Source of the DNA: Klebsormidium nitens
Lineage: Eukaryota > Plantae > Klebsormidiophyceae
Direction of reading: 5' to 3'
Length of the DNA stretch: 64,000 bases
Assembly: GCA_000708835.1 (NCBI GenBank)
Contig: DF237089.1
Span: 113,591 to 177,590 of the forward strand
The stretch's first letter is position 1; each line of letters begins with the position of its first letter. The notes under the pieces are model-generated. The model saw only the letters and a list, made by a program, of their open reading frames with translations. It was not told where the DNA came from and made no database searches. Shown here piece after piece: positions 22,201-35,502 of this stretch. The position numbers and the translations under genes are program-made.

Positions 22201-25200
22201 GCCCTGGACCGTATCGATCTTCAAGATATCAATGTTTTCACACCTCCGCTGTTCCTACTTCGCGCAGGAACAGTCCAATATCAATTGCAAGACTCACCTC
22301 CTCTGAACTCCTAGAAGTTTAAACTAAAATCATCCCAAATTGTCTTGCTCAGGCCGCCATGTCATCAGCGCAAGCCAAGTCCCGCGGGAACGGCTTCACA
22401 TACAAGCACCTGGCGTCGTCCAAGGACCTCTGGTTCGACTTCATGGCCGATACTGGGGACGGCGGCAACTCCACTTATACCATCGCACGCTTGCTGGCGC
22501 AGCCCCATTTGACGCTGCGCTTTGCGGACAAGTATATTGTGCTGCCGCGCTCCAAGCTGCTGCTCATTGGAGGGGACCTCGCGTGAGCTTTTCCGCCTCT
22601 CTCGAGATATAATATTTTATTCACGATCCAACTCCGTGTATTCTGGGACGAAGCAGACCACGGATTGGCGGTTTCGGATTGGCTATTCCTCGCTTCCCTC
22701 CTTGATTACGTGGTCTGCTAGCGAGGAATAGCCAATCCGAAACCGCAGGTTTCAGATACTCTTCTACTGAGAGGTCTTAAGTAGGAGGCTGGCTAAGAGC
22801 TTTTACAGTCCGATGCATCGCGGCCAGAATGAGCCCTTGTGAGTCTGATGCTTTCTTCTTATCCCTTTCGCTTTCACGGACGCTTAACTCTGTAGCACCT
22901 ACGGAGCCAAGGTTACAGGGACGCTTGACTTTTTTTCAACAGCTATCGTGTCCTCGTGCTCAAAAAGGCGTTGACTTTTTGCCCGTTTTAGGTACCCCAA
23001 CCCTTGCAAAGAGTCGTACGAGAAGCGCCTCTTCCTACCTTTTGAGTACGCGCTCCAGCCGCCGACGTGCTACCACAAGGACAGGATTGCTGTACAAAAA
23101 CCGGAGCTGCCGCCAGGGGTGCCCAGTCTCAAGAGCTACGACGGCCCACAGTGCTTTTGCATTCCCGGGAACCACGACTGGCAAGTCATCTGCGCGCGTT
23201 GCGCTTCTTTGTCACGCATCTGGTTGATTCTATTCGTGAAGAGCTAGCATACGGATCGGTTTCGGGGTTTACTTGTGGTTCTGCACAATCAGCGGCTGGG
23301 GGAGTTGCCAGGTGATTTCCGGTTTCGTTAGGACGGTATCGAAACCCTGCTCTCTGCCTTGATGGCACAGATTAGCTTCCTAGAGCCAGAGAAACCTTGC
23401 CACACAACTCTGAGGTTGCTTCAGTCACCAGATGCTTCCAGAACTGAGCTGGTTTTCTCAAACAGCCCCTAATCTAAACTTCCTTCGTTTGTACTTTCTA
23501 CGTCATCACAAATGTGGTGGACTCTCCGACATGAGAAAAGCTCACAAGAGCCAACGCGAGTATCCTCATGCGAATCTTTGGCTGCAGGCTGGACGGGTTG
23601 GACACATTTATGCGGTACATCTGCCATAAGAGCTGGCTCGGCGGCTGGCTTATGCCGCAGGTGAGAGATGGCGGTTTTTCTGCTGTTGACGTTTTCGAAA
23701 AAGAAGCAGGCACTAACGATGGTCATGCGCGAGCTGCTTGTTACATATTCGTCCATTCAATGAAAACATTATTCAGCGGTTCGCAACCCGCACAGCGTGC
23801 ACTCTTCTCGTTGGTAAGGCAGCGGGGTTGGTTCTCGGATTGTTGATCGCTACGAGGAGTTTTGAGGAATGGGTATTGCAGGCAGCTCACATTTGCGAGA
23901 ACTCTCCCACGGGACTCAGGAGCGAGTCCAGGGGTAACCTGCCATCTTTGTCTTGGCCGAAATCTCGTCCGCCCTTGGGAACAGTGATCGAGGGGCGGCT
24001 ACGCAGTTCGTGAAAGCCTTTCAGACCCTTTACTTTTGGAGCTTTGACCGCTGGCTCAACCCACGCTCCCCTTGCAATTCTACTGGCTGAAAAGTGTCTC
24101 AGCTTGCGTCAGTTGTCGTTGCAGGAGAAGAGCTACTTCTCGCTGAAGCTGCCGCAGGGCTGGTGGATCTTTGGGCTGGACCAGGGTCTCGCGGAAGACA
24201 TCGACATCTTCCAATTCAAATACTTCTCGACGATCGCAGACGAGCAGGTGAGCTTGAAGCCTCCCGCGAATTTTGCCTGCTGGATTTCAAGAGCGCCAAG
24301 AAACATGGTCGAAAGTGGACGATTTCCACTTTGCTCAATCGACACATCAGGACTGTTTAGGATGCCGCAAAGGGCAGTTCTCAGACATCCCATGCAGATG
24401 GTTCCCTGCTTCACAAGACCTATTTCTCAGGGAGCCCCGGAAAACATGATTGCAACAGATGAATCTCCTTGGTTGGCGTGCATGTGGGTGCGGTTATTGC
24501 GTCGGACGCTCTATGCAACTGGAGTTCAGAAATCCGCAGTGCCCCTTCGCGACCTTACCTGAGCTTTGTTAGGCAAGTCCGCAGAATGTTTAGGAAAGTC
24601 GGGATCCGTCTTATTCTTGCACCAGGCGGATGAACAGGGAACAAAATGAGGATTTTGGTTGTTTGGACATAAATGCAAGCTAAGCTTTCTGATGCCGCTG
24701 ACGTCACCAGGTGGGCCCCGAGGACAACGTCATCATCCTGACGCACGAGCCGTCCTGGGTGCTGGACAACTACTGGGGCCACGCCACCGGCAAGAACGTC
24801 ACGTACCTCGTCAAGCAGCACCTCAAGTGAGCGCGCGCGTCTTCTTGCCATTCATTTGCGACATACAACATAATTGGATCTTGTATCATAAAGCTTCCGC
24901 TCCTTAGTCTCGACTATCTTGTCCCCACCTTAACGTTCTCAAACGACATTGAATGACATCGGCAGTGGTCAGGTTTTCTGGCGGGCCCGAGAGAAGTTCT
25001 GCCTTTGTCGCCTGAAGTTCTTTCTCCGTTCCTTTCCTCGTCTGCGAGTCCCCAGTTTAACACGCCACGCCACTTCGGTTTACTGCCCTCGTTTAGGCCA
25101 ACGCTTCAAAAGTTGGTTCACCCACGAGTGAGTAGGGTTAGTATAACCCGGGTGCTACCATCCCTGGCAGTCTGTGCTTCAAATCAGATTTGACTGCGTG

Positions 25201-28200
25201 TCTACTCTACGTGGTCCCCGATTGTGACAAAGTTTTCTTCATCAGGGGCCGGTGCCGCATGCGCATGGCGGGCGATTTGCACAACTACATGCACCACACT
25301 GCCAGCACGTCTTCCCCCGCCACCCCCCTGTACGAACATCTCGTGGTCAATGGTGCGGGAGGCGCGTTTTTACACCCGACGCACGTGTTTGCCGGCTTCG
25401 ACAAACTGCACGGCGCCAAGTACGAGTGCCGGGGAGTCTATCCCCCTGTTAGCGTCTCGCGAAAGGTGGGTGGCGGAAATAGTGGAAACAAGCTAGTCTT
25501 GACATTGGTTGTCAACGCTTGAAGAGTACTGAGCACAATCTCAGAACTAAGAAGCTAAGAGAGGCTGGTCATTCTTGTCGTTGACGCTTCTGGGCTTGCT
25601 ATGCGTGAAATTCTATTGGCCCACTAGTCAGGCGCCCTTTTGAAGATCGCAGCATTGGAGGATGGTAAGGATTTTATGCTTGTTCCTTGCATCCCGGTGC
25701 TAGCCTGATTGAGAGGATGTTCTACTTTCTGCACTTCAGGCTTCTAAGTCTAAATCAGCTTTCTTCTGCGGTTGAAGAAAGCTTTTTGGCAGCCAGACTC
25801 TTCACATTTTCTGCGCGTTCGTGCTTACAGATCAGTTTGAGCAACATCGTCAAGTTCCGTAAGAAGAACTGGCGCTTCGACATCGTGGGCGGCCTCGTCT
25901 ACTTCGTCCTCGTCTTCTCGCTCTTCCCGCAGTGCAAGATCGACACCGTCACACAGCAGGTACGCACCAGCACGCTTTGGACCACAACGGACACGGTCTG
26001 TTCTCTGTAGCGGTGGTCAAACGGGTTGGGCGTCGGACGTTTCTTGGTCGTCTCGTTTCCTTCACCTGCTACATTCTTCTCTGGCATTCGAGCTCGTTCC
26101 GCGCTTTCAGCTGCAGAGCAAGATGAAAGTGCATTGCTCTTTTTGTTCGAAATTTTGGACGGCAGAAGCCGATCCAGCTTTTTTTTCGAATTTCAAAAGC
26201 AATCCAAAGTGCAATATCGCATTCGGGATGCGTTGAAACACCCAAGCAGCTCGTACGAGTCCCTAACGAACTCGGTTTCATCTGGCGATGTCCGGCAAAC
26301 TTACTCACTGGCCTGAATTTACACATTTTGGGCCGTGCGTGCAGGTAACGTTTCGCGGGCACGTGCTGCAGTTCTTGCGCGCCATGTCGGAGGCGTGCCT
26401 GGACCTGCTGCAGCACAGCTACGTCTCAATGACCGGCCTCACCATCATGCTCTTCCTCAGGTGCGCCACTCTCCGACTCCGATAACTCTCGTGTGACCTA
26501 AGAACCGTGTGACCTAAGATAGGCACCCGGGGGACGGGTGGGGTTGGTATGGTGGTTAGGGTGGATTGGGGTGCGGAGCGGGTGATTTATTGGTTAGGTT
26601 TTTAGTTGGAAGTGCCCGGGTAACTCGTATCTTAGGTCACACGCCCGTGAGGTCACACGAGAGTTACCGGCATCCCTTCCGCTGTCGTAGGAGGATTCAA
26701 CTTGCCACGGCTGCTGCATCTTGATCTTTACCAAATCCAACAGTCAACTTATGACCAGACTTCAGAGTAATCGGTTTTATCTGATTATACTCATTCGGAT
26801 GGAATTCACCACTGCAGTCCGCTTCCTCGAAGAGGGGCCACTTGGTTTCAGGGGTTGTGCACTGCTTCAGATATGATCAGAGATGTCTGAGAGCGCCCTT
26901 GGTGGATTGTTCGACAATTGAATTGGAATCCGACCTAGCAGCGACTTTTTCTGCGTACGATGTGGGCGCCTACGATAATTCTGCTGGCAAGTTCCTACTA
27001 CGCAGCAAAACACCTCTCCTTGACTTGGTCGGTACGGGCGTTCTGAGCTCACGATCCTCTTCTTTGGTGCAGCGTTCTGTTCGTCCCGGGACGGGCGTCT
27101 CGGCGTACACGTATGATTATCGGCTGCCTGCATCTGGGCGCCCACCTATTCGCTGGTAAGGATTGGAAGTTTGCTTGTGAATACGGTAGTAGTTGGGAAT
27201 TGGCTTTGTGACTACGTAGTGATAGGGACGATTGCCTGAGACTTCATGGAAGCTTTACAGGAAGCCGTCGGTACAACGATGGAGAGCCAGCAAGATGATT
27301 GCATCCGCTTTCGGCTGGATCCTTGAAAGCAGCGGCTGTTGCCAATACTCAGCCGTCGCCCACGAATGAGTCCGTAACATGTAGGAGAGCCTTAGTCAGC
27401 CCGTCTGGAGCATCCAATAAATCAGTCTAAAGTTCAGCGATGAATGTAAGGGAGGAGTCTACACATCCCCGGAAAGCATCAGATTGCAGGAGAGACAAGG
27501 CCAAACGCCCTTGAGGGCGGTAGCACATTCCCTTACCTTCCCCCGTGCAGCTCTGGTGTTGATGCTCCTTTTGGAGCTGGGTGTCGACGTGTGCGTGCGG
27601 CATAAGCTGCTGGGCACCTCAGGGTACCATACGCTATACGACTGGTACCAGCAGGTGGGGAACGAGCACTTCCCGGACCCCACCGGGCTGCGGCGGCGCA
27701 TGGAGGAGTGGACCTACGGCTTCTACCCCGCCTGCGTCAAGTACCTCATGGCCGCCTTCGACGTCCCGGAGGTGCGCGGAGTCTGAGTTTCTGGATTCTG
27801 GGGTTGATTGAGGTTGACTTTTCAGTTTTCTGAAAACTGGGTCTTGAGTCTCCTGACATTCTGGTTCCCCATTGTCCACTTCTCACGTCTTTGCATTTGA
27901 GGAGCATTTGTTTCTTAGTGAACGTGACAGAAAGAATCAAGCTTGGGCCGACTGCGTAATCAATCACGGGAATCAGTCGACCGAACTTTTCATTACCCCC
28001 CTTATGTGTCTGTGTCTCTGGAGGTGCTTATGGGTTGCGTAATATGGTACGCCTGTTGACCGGAGGCCAGAGCATATATGTTGCTCTGGGTTCGTGATAG
28101 ATCTTGCATGCCTACGCTAAAGGAAATGGGCCAGTCGACCGCTACCGAAAGCTGTTGTGTTGCAAGAAATCCTGATGTTACATGACTCGCTCGACTATCT

Positions 28201-29484
28201 TGATCTCAACCTGTTTGCTTGATTCAGGTTATGGCGGTGACGCGGGGCCAGATCTGCGAGCACGGCATGGACGCGCTTCCCCGCTACTTCACGCTCATCT
28301 ACTACGCCTCCGTCTTTCTGTACTACTGGGTGTTCTCCACTCCGATCGTATCTCTTGTCTTCGGCTGCTACCTTTACATCTCCATCAACTGGTTTAGCCT
28401 CCACTTTGACGAGGCCTTCTCCTCGCTGCGCATCGCGAACTACAAGTCCTTCTGCCGCTGTCACATACGGCCGGACGGCAGCTTAGAGGTGAGAGGCGGT
28501 CTTGGGGCTGCGCTCTTCTCTTTGGTCGAAGTCGCTCGATATTATTGGTTTTCCGTGCTGACAAAGAATGGTGCTGGTATGATTTTGAACCCGGTATTGG
28601 ATGGCATGTGGCTTTTCCCTATCACGCTGTTGACAATGGAGAAGTCTTTGACGTCAAGGATCCTCTGTAGTGCTGACTTATTCGGTTTGCGCAAGACGGT
28701 ATCTGTTTGTAAGCTGGTACATTTTGAAAGAACTCGATGTATTCCCAGACTCAGAGAGTAGAATGGAGACATTGATGTTCCCAGAGATGCCGGGGCGCTT
28801 GAACGGCTGATCCTCTCCTGCAGGTGTTCTCCATCGCCGTTGACAAAGTTCCTCGGGAGTGGGCTCTTGACCCGCTATGGGAAGCAGAAAATGCCACGAA
28901 ACCAGGTCCGTCTTTCTCTTCATTCCAGGCACTCCAGAAAAGATTTTACAGGCCTCATCAATCAAGAAAATAGGCTTCCCCTTTTTGATTGCTGGTTTTA
29001 TGGACCATACGGCTGCCTCTGTCGTCCGGTTGCTGCATTCTTTTCTGCAACTTCGTTTCTGTACGTTTCACTTCCTTCCGGTGCCAAAATATTGGATCCG
29101 CTCGGCGCGTTTGTGAGAGCGAGAATGATTCCTCGAGTTGCATGATGGTCTGTTTCTCGGTCCTAATCCAGGCCCTTTCAACTCCCTCGAATGCGTTCTC
29201 TTGCAGTGTCCCATTTGCGGGACCACCCAAGCCTGTGGGTTCCGGTGTCCCCGTTCCGGGACAAGCAGTGCAATGCGCGCATCGTCGACCATTTCGTCGT
29301 CGAAAAGCTGCCGCCTAAGCACGTGCTGTCGCCAAAACCGGCGCCAAAAAGCAGCACGAGCAGCGAAAGCCCGGGGATGCCGCCGCTCTTCCCCGGGGGC
29401 AGGTTAGACCACCTCATGGGCGAAGAAAACGATACGCCCGCTAATGGCCTAAATGAGGGCCATAACCATTCTTATAGTATTTAA
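19254..29484 (+). CDS. Membrane-anchored calcineurin-like metallophosphoesterase (plant At4g11800-like family), ~1040 aa, 18 exons
   Basis: Exons 19254-19496, 20118-20386, 20814-20988, 21360-21586, 21867-21954, 22353-22582, 22992-23180, 23588-23660, 24125-24247, 24711-24826, 25246-25465, 25831-25959, 26345-26460, 27073-27155, 27551-27771, 28228-28488, 28824-28905, 29207-29484. They sum to 3123 nt in phase. Family signatures PYPHEHSRHA, YSNFNRWYIAW, WFDFMADTGDGGNSTY, GGDLAYPNP, IPGNHDW, AGDLHNY, NGAGGAFLHPTH. Confidence 0.93.
22652..22746. repeat. Interleaved inverted repeats (11-bp and 27-bp perfect stems) in intron 6 of the metallophosphoesterase
   Basis: A=agcagaccacg 22652-22662 pairs with 22709-22719. 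B=gcggtttcggattggctattcctcgct 22668-22694 pairs with 22720-22746. Order is A-B-A'-B'. Confidence 0.85.
26479..26670. mobile_element. MITE-like foldback element (copy 2) in metallophosphoesterase intron 13
   Basis: ~43-bp terminal inverted repeats ccg(a/g)taactctcgtgtgacct-N7-gtgtgacctaagata, with an internal G-rich core homologous to the element at 3137-3322. Confidence 0.7.
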
Positions 29485-30717
29485 CGTTGGGCAGACACTG
29501 CCGCCGCACGAGCACAATGGACACATTGGTCCGGAAGTCATATTCGGTCAAGGTAAGGGAAGGTTGCCTTTATGGCGTCCCACCGTCATAAGAAGTTGCG
29601 CAGCAGGAAACAATCGATTTCAATCACAAGTCGCGCATGCACTTGCATCAAAGAATGTTTCGGCAGGCTTCAAGTTGATGATTTTCGTGGCGCACATAAT
29701 GTAAATCAGGTGCTCGCAAAGCTTACAAATGATGCAGGCCGGCTAGTATTCCTGTGGGCCCGAGCCGCCTCGTCATGACCGTTGCATGCATGGCGCCTGA
29801 GCCGGGTAAACGTTTGAAAACGCTAGCTAGCTACTAGTATTAACCATGACATGCTACGATCTACACCGCATGCGCATCGTCGGTCGGATGGCCGGAAGGG
29901 CGACTCGGATACATGACACTGAAGACATGTGCAGTGCATGGGACATTAGCATTGAACACCTGCTCCTGCTAGGCAGTACAGTATAGTGGCCTGCTTAATA
30001 AGTTGCTCCAATGAGTTTGATGCAGCCGCGTGGTACCATGAATTAAGCATGTGGGGGTTGAGTTTATATGGTTGTTATGCACGCATACATGAATACTGAT
30101 GTTTGGTCGGGCCTCATTTATTCAGATTGACAAAAGTTCAACTTCTGTCAACAATTAATATCAAGAACTTGAGCTCTGGTTAAAGTGCTAACTTTTGGAA
30201 AACCGTTGCAGTTTGAAATGAATCGACCGCCCCATCTTGCTCATCAGCGACTCCTATTAGTGGGTCACCTATTACTTACGCAGACGCACTTCTTTTCTAC
30301 AGGTATACATCAACAGGATGTCAGCCCAGTACTCACCTTAGCGTGCACATCAGGAAGTTCACTGCTTTGTTTTCTAATTAAGATTTGTCTTAGCTCAAGA
30401 ACTCTCTGGAAATCGGCAAAGGGGATCACCTGCTGCCCCGGCCACTCTAAGAATATAAAAGGGTCAGGACGATTGAACTGGTCTCGAAGCCCCTTTTCAC
30501 GACTTCTTGGCACCACCGTCGAGCCAACCAGCAAAACACTGCCCGCTGCCTTCGAAAGCCGTAGGTTAGGCTGCGATGCTCAAATGTGCATAACCCTTCA
30601 ACCAAAAGCAAGAACGGTGGCCACTCAAGGCCAGTACCTGGTACCTTTTCCGCAATCTATATCCGCTGCAAAATGATCAAATCCTAAAGGCCAAGCGGTC
30701 CAACGATCCGGCCTCGC

Positions 30718-32906
30718 TCAGGATATAAAGCAACCGCTTGGTGTTTCCGTCTTGGCCACGTTTCCGTACGCCGCGAGCTCCACTACGTCCATGTCTCGTT
30801 CTGCAAGGGTGTCACTCACAGTGTTGATCTCGACCGTTCGTTAGCGTTCAGGGCTTGAACAAGTCGCCGAATACTTCCGTCAGGCGCCTTGTCAAACTCA
30901 AGCGAGGTTCAGCAATAAACGATGAACAGCTTCAACAGGTCTACAACCTCGAGACGCAACAAGAAGGTCAAGCTCATACCGGTCAGAACAAGCTACAAGA
31001 GCGGAAAGAACACCTTAAAGTAAGGTGACCGAAATACGTTTTCAGTGGCAGCAAGGTTGTTGTATTATTCTCCGCCAGTAAGCTTGCGTGAGCCTGCAAC
31101 TCATCTTGTAAGAAGTGTCTGTACGAGGAGTTAACTCGAGAATACTTCTTCAAAAGAAGGCCCGGTCTAGTTTGGGCCTGCTAGTTCGAACCCTTGGAAA
31201 GGCATGTGCGAGACTTACTCGAGAATCGACAGTAGGCGCTTTGATTCGAAATGTCTGAGTACGTCATGTCCGTCCGATTGCTCTTGACCCGATTCGCTCG
31301 AGCCTGAACGCCACAGGAAGAGGTCAGGTCTGTCAAACGAACGCAGCAAGTGTCAAAGAAGCCCTTGAAGAGACAACAAGATGCGAACCACTTTGAAAGA
31401 ATGGACGCTCTAAAAGCTTCCCAGGGACTTGCTATCAGAGCGTCTTCGTACGACAATCCAACCACAAAGAAACGGTGCCATGCGAGCAATAGCTGCCCGC
31501 TTTCACATTATTACAGGCAGAAGGCAGAGTTCACTTATAAAGAACTGCAGAAGTGTTCCATGTAGATACAGGGAAATGTCGTCACTGTCCAAAATTAAGT
31601 ACGCACCTGTAGCAGCTGGCAGTTTTCTATGACGCTTTTGCCCCCCTGCACAGGATGTTCCTCCGGTCAGCATAGCAGCAGATCATGGCGTCAACATTGA
31701 AAGGAAGGGGTGCAACACATAAGTTTATAGAATCATAAGTAAGAAGGAGATGCAACCTTGAACTACAGCTGCGGCACAGGAGGTTTGCTGAAAAAGCTTC
31801 CGGAAGGATCACCATTCGACACTCTCTCACCATCGTTGTGGCTGTGATCAACTGGTTGGACTGTCAATTGAATTCGCCGAAAGGTGGAGGATATCATGCT
31901 AGAGCAGACGGGCACCCGGAAGCCTTGAGCTTCTTTTTCTCGTGTTCCTTGCCTTCGAAAAGGGCTGTATGTGATCGTAATTGTGGCAGAGGCACCCGTC
32001 ACACGCCACGAGCTTCTTGAACACCAGGTTGCCATACGGGTCCATTCGCCACCGGTCCGGATTTCGCCCCGGCACCGTCTCCGCCTTTCGCCAGCACGCT
32101 TCCTTCACGTCCCAGGGAAAGGAGCGCGGGCCCCGCTCATCGTACTCCTGTGGCACAGTACTGGACTCACTTCAGACAGTGAAAAGTTGGGACACTGAGA
32201 GATAATGAGGGGAAGAGGGGGCATTGTGGAGTCCATGCTCTGGTTAGAACTTGCTCTAAGCCTTTTCCCTGCAATCTTTGGAGTTTTGAGAACAGCATGT
32301 TTGTAGGGCATGAAGCTGAGTTCAGTGGGAGAAATGAAAACTATGCGTGGGTAAGAGACCCAGACAAAGCACTTTGAACGACCTGATGAATGATGCCAGT
32401 GGTTCTAAAGACAATAAACTTTTACTTTCTGACCAAGGAGGCACGAAAAGCACAACTGGTTCGGAGACAGTCTTTCGCATTGGAGCTGCTTCACAAACAA
32501 CGGATGATGCAATGCAGTCTGACCGTCCTCCGCTCAGGCTTGCATCAAGTACCTCATCTGAGTACGAGTTGCCCCGTCGATGCCGCCTTGGTGGCGTCAC
32601 CGTCCGTGCACTGTACGTTGTCGATGCCGCATTGACTGGCACCTCCTCTTTCTCCCCTCTAGTCTTGGTCGCCTCCATTTGCTGCACATTTGCAGTCGCC
32701 ACACTTCCGCCTTGCTTAAGTGGACTGTTGCTGCGAAAGCCACCCTCTTTGGCAACCCAACGGCCCCCTTTGCCTCCCTTCTGATTCGCGCCGTAATGGG
32801 GCCTTGCTTGAGGGGGACTGTCGGGGATTCTTGTTTCGTTTGCAGGTGAACTGGACGTGCGGGAGCTGGCCAGGACCTTGGCAGGCTGCGAAGATCCTGT
32901 GCTCAT
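30718..32906 (-). CDS. Plant-type HNH endonuclease domain protein (At3g47490-like), ~251 aa, 5 exons
   Basis: Exons 32553-32906, 31953-32147, 31607-31645, 31219-31303, 30718-30800 (756 nt, in phase). Product contains PRSFPWDVKEACW..VPGRNPDRWRMDPYGNLVFKKLVACDGCLCHNYDHIQPFSKGGKSVIENCQLLQARANRVKSN and RDMDVVELAAYGNV, which are characteristic of this family. Confidence 0.88.
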
Positions 32907-34398
32907 CTTTGGAACCTCAGAAGACCCCGACTTTCACTCGTGGAGCAAGTTCTCACAAGGAGATGGAGGCGAATGGGCGTTGGGGGATGAAAGCGTAACG
33001 GGTATAGGCTCTAGCCTCTGAGAATAGAGCCTGAGGCAGCTAAGCCAATCAAGCTTGCTGAACGCAGGCCGGCTTGCTGAACAACATTCAGATCTTTGCT
33101 GAGTTCAGCCAAGAGCAGGTTTAGCCGTTTTGTTTAGCCGTGGGCCCGGCCGCGGGCCCCGGGCCCCATACTAATGGTAATGGTAAAAACTCCTCTGTTA
33201 GCTCGACTCGAGTTCATAAACCGGCACCGGCAGGCACTGCGGCGAGGCTGAAACAAACCGACGCCAGTGATAACGACGCCTGTGACCGTTTTTCAAAACA
33301 TGCTTTGAAGTCGCATCGCGCTCTAGTTGACAGCTCGCTCCACACCCACCTGCAGCCACGTTCGACACAAATCTCTGATGAAGCAGAGAATGAGATGGCG
33401 CCTTCAACGTCCATCTGCTGTAATCGCAGCTTAAGCAGCAGGACCCCCTGTCAGAGAGGGGGCTATGAGCTCATCAGAACATGCACAACGATGAGGACCG
33501 GTACATTCTCTGCAGCGCCGCGCTGCCGGCCAAGTCCTTTCCGATCCGACATTGCGGCGGGCAGCTTTCGGAAAGGTCAATCAACAAATCTGCAGGCAAA
33601 GGGTTGCAATGCTGACTCTGTGGACCAGCTATTTGGCATCCCTGGTCCTAGGCAAGATGCATGCAGAGGAACTGTGCAGTTGATCGAGAAGATTCACGGC
33701 AGTCTTATCAGGAAACATCCTGAAAATGGTAGGAAGTCAGCACTCCGCAATGTCCACAGGCCTGGGAACTGGCTGGGGCGAGAAAGCTCCGGGAGTCACC
33801 GTAAATCTAGTGAGACTGGAAAGGAGGTGCACCGGCTGGAAGTAGCTGATGAAGGCAGAGCGGCAGGAATCGACTCGGCTCCTGGTGATCATTGCAAGCA
33901 CCCAACAGAAGTCGTTAAACGGCAGTTCGAGACCGTCAAGGGACGGAGGGGCTTTCTTGCTGCAAGCACCGTGAGTCGAGAGATCTGATCATCGTTTGCC
34001 ATTGTTAATGTCACACTTTCTTTTTTGCCTTGCCAGATTGAGTAAAAGTTCTAACATCGATTTGGAGATTCTAATTTTCGAGTGTAAGTGCGAGGAATAA
34101 TATAGACTGATGTTGAAACCTGATTCATTTTCGCCTCACCCTTTTGACGAGGGCGCCTGCACATCCTGGGCAGCGTTCACCCCTGCTCACAGGCAATCGC
34201 CTTTCAAGGTTGTCGCAGGGGTCCTATTACACAGGCATGGAATGCAGGCTGGAGCCTTACTAGATTTTGAATGTTTTGTGTTTAGAGGCAACACCACAGC
34301 TGGCAACATTACAAACTATCTACTTTCTCTGCACTCATCCCCGTTTCACTCTTCCTCCAACAGTCTCAATCAACACATCCACACCATGGCTTCTGCAC

Positions 34399-35502
34399 AT
34401 GGAAAACTTCCGCTTGTCAGTCCGTCGTCTCTCTGTGCAGTGTCTGTGCAAGGCAGTCTTTGGCTGCAAGGCCAGTCATGCAGACAGCTCCCAAGGCGAG
34501 GCTCTATGCTCCCAATGTCATGGAAGCGGAGCAGTCCCGTGTAACTTGTGCGGGGGGACCGGGCAGTGGCGACAAGGCTTTCAAAACGGGATAGAGGTAA
34601 ATAGCGTCTGGCCTTAAGCTTTTAAGATGACCACTAGTTTGATTGTTAAGGGAGTCTTTCGGTTGGGGAGTTGTTACTCCTCATAAGACAAGAGGCATGA
34701 GATACAACACAGTATCTTCGACTTGTCATTGAGCACCAAAGCATGCATTGATCCGGGATCCCATCCAGCTGCTTAAAGCAGCCACTCGATATTGTACCGT
34801 CCAACAGGGTGCATCGATTTTGACAGTGCAAAGTAATCAGAGACAGGTTCCATGTTGGAAAGCCATATAGTGAGTACGAGTTTTTTGTATCCCTAAAAGA
34901 GATATTGTTCCTACCTTTCAGCAAACCTTGGAGTGTCCACAATGCAGCGGCCGGGGCCTGCTCAAATGTGTGCGTTGCCTAGGGACCGGATTGGGGGACA
35001 CTGGTGGTGAGCCAATCCTTCGATAGTTGGTATTTGAAGTCTGTTGCGTACATATCTGTTTGGCGGAACTCTGTGGGCCACCAATCAACCTCTTCTAGAT
35101 AGTTGCATATGTGCATCCGGATACTCGTTCACTTTGTGTGCGACTGAGATTTCAAGTGAAGCTGCGCGAGCAAGGCTTAAGGACAAACGACATGCGCTAA
35201 CCTTTTTGACATTACGAAGCTCGTGATGAACACTGCAGATTCTATTAGAAATTGTCGAGAGTCAAGTCGCTTGTCGGATTCTGTCAAGTGCTTGCTTCGA
35301 CACTGAGAGCGTTAAGATATTCAACCTTCAAAGAACGCACTCGGCCTGCTCGAGCCCGGACGAGACTGGAGCCGTTCTTCAACTTTTCGCAGTGCGCAAC
35401 TTTCTGGGATGGTTGGTGCGTTCGCCCGGGCTTGTGCTTTGGCTACCATTTGCAGACGTCCCGGCAGACTTAGACAGACTCGAAGTACGACTTCTCGACT
35501 GA
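34399..35502 (+). CDS. DnaJ-type zinc-finger (4x CxxCxGxG) protein, PSA2/EDA3-like; 5' end and last exon uncertain
   Basis: Exon ending at 34596 encodes CSQCHGSGAVPCNLCGGTGQW. Exon 34922-35006 encodes TLECPQCSGRGLLKCVRCLGTG. The tentative last exon 35393-35502 follows a strong acceptor (cttttcgcag). The true start may lie in an upstream exon (an acceptor-like ctctctgtgcag ends at 34440). Confidence 0.65.

Noticed and set aside
29750-30150. Cluster of short palindromes (catg, ctag, gcatgc)
   Set aside because: No terminal repeats or copy elsewhere in the window. It may be regulatory, but that is unsupported.
33140-33988. 282-aa plus-strand ORF between the HNH and PSA2-like genes
   Set aside because: GTG start, no recognisable motif, and it overlaps a likely divergent promoter/UTR region. 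It cannot be supported as coding.
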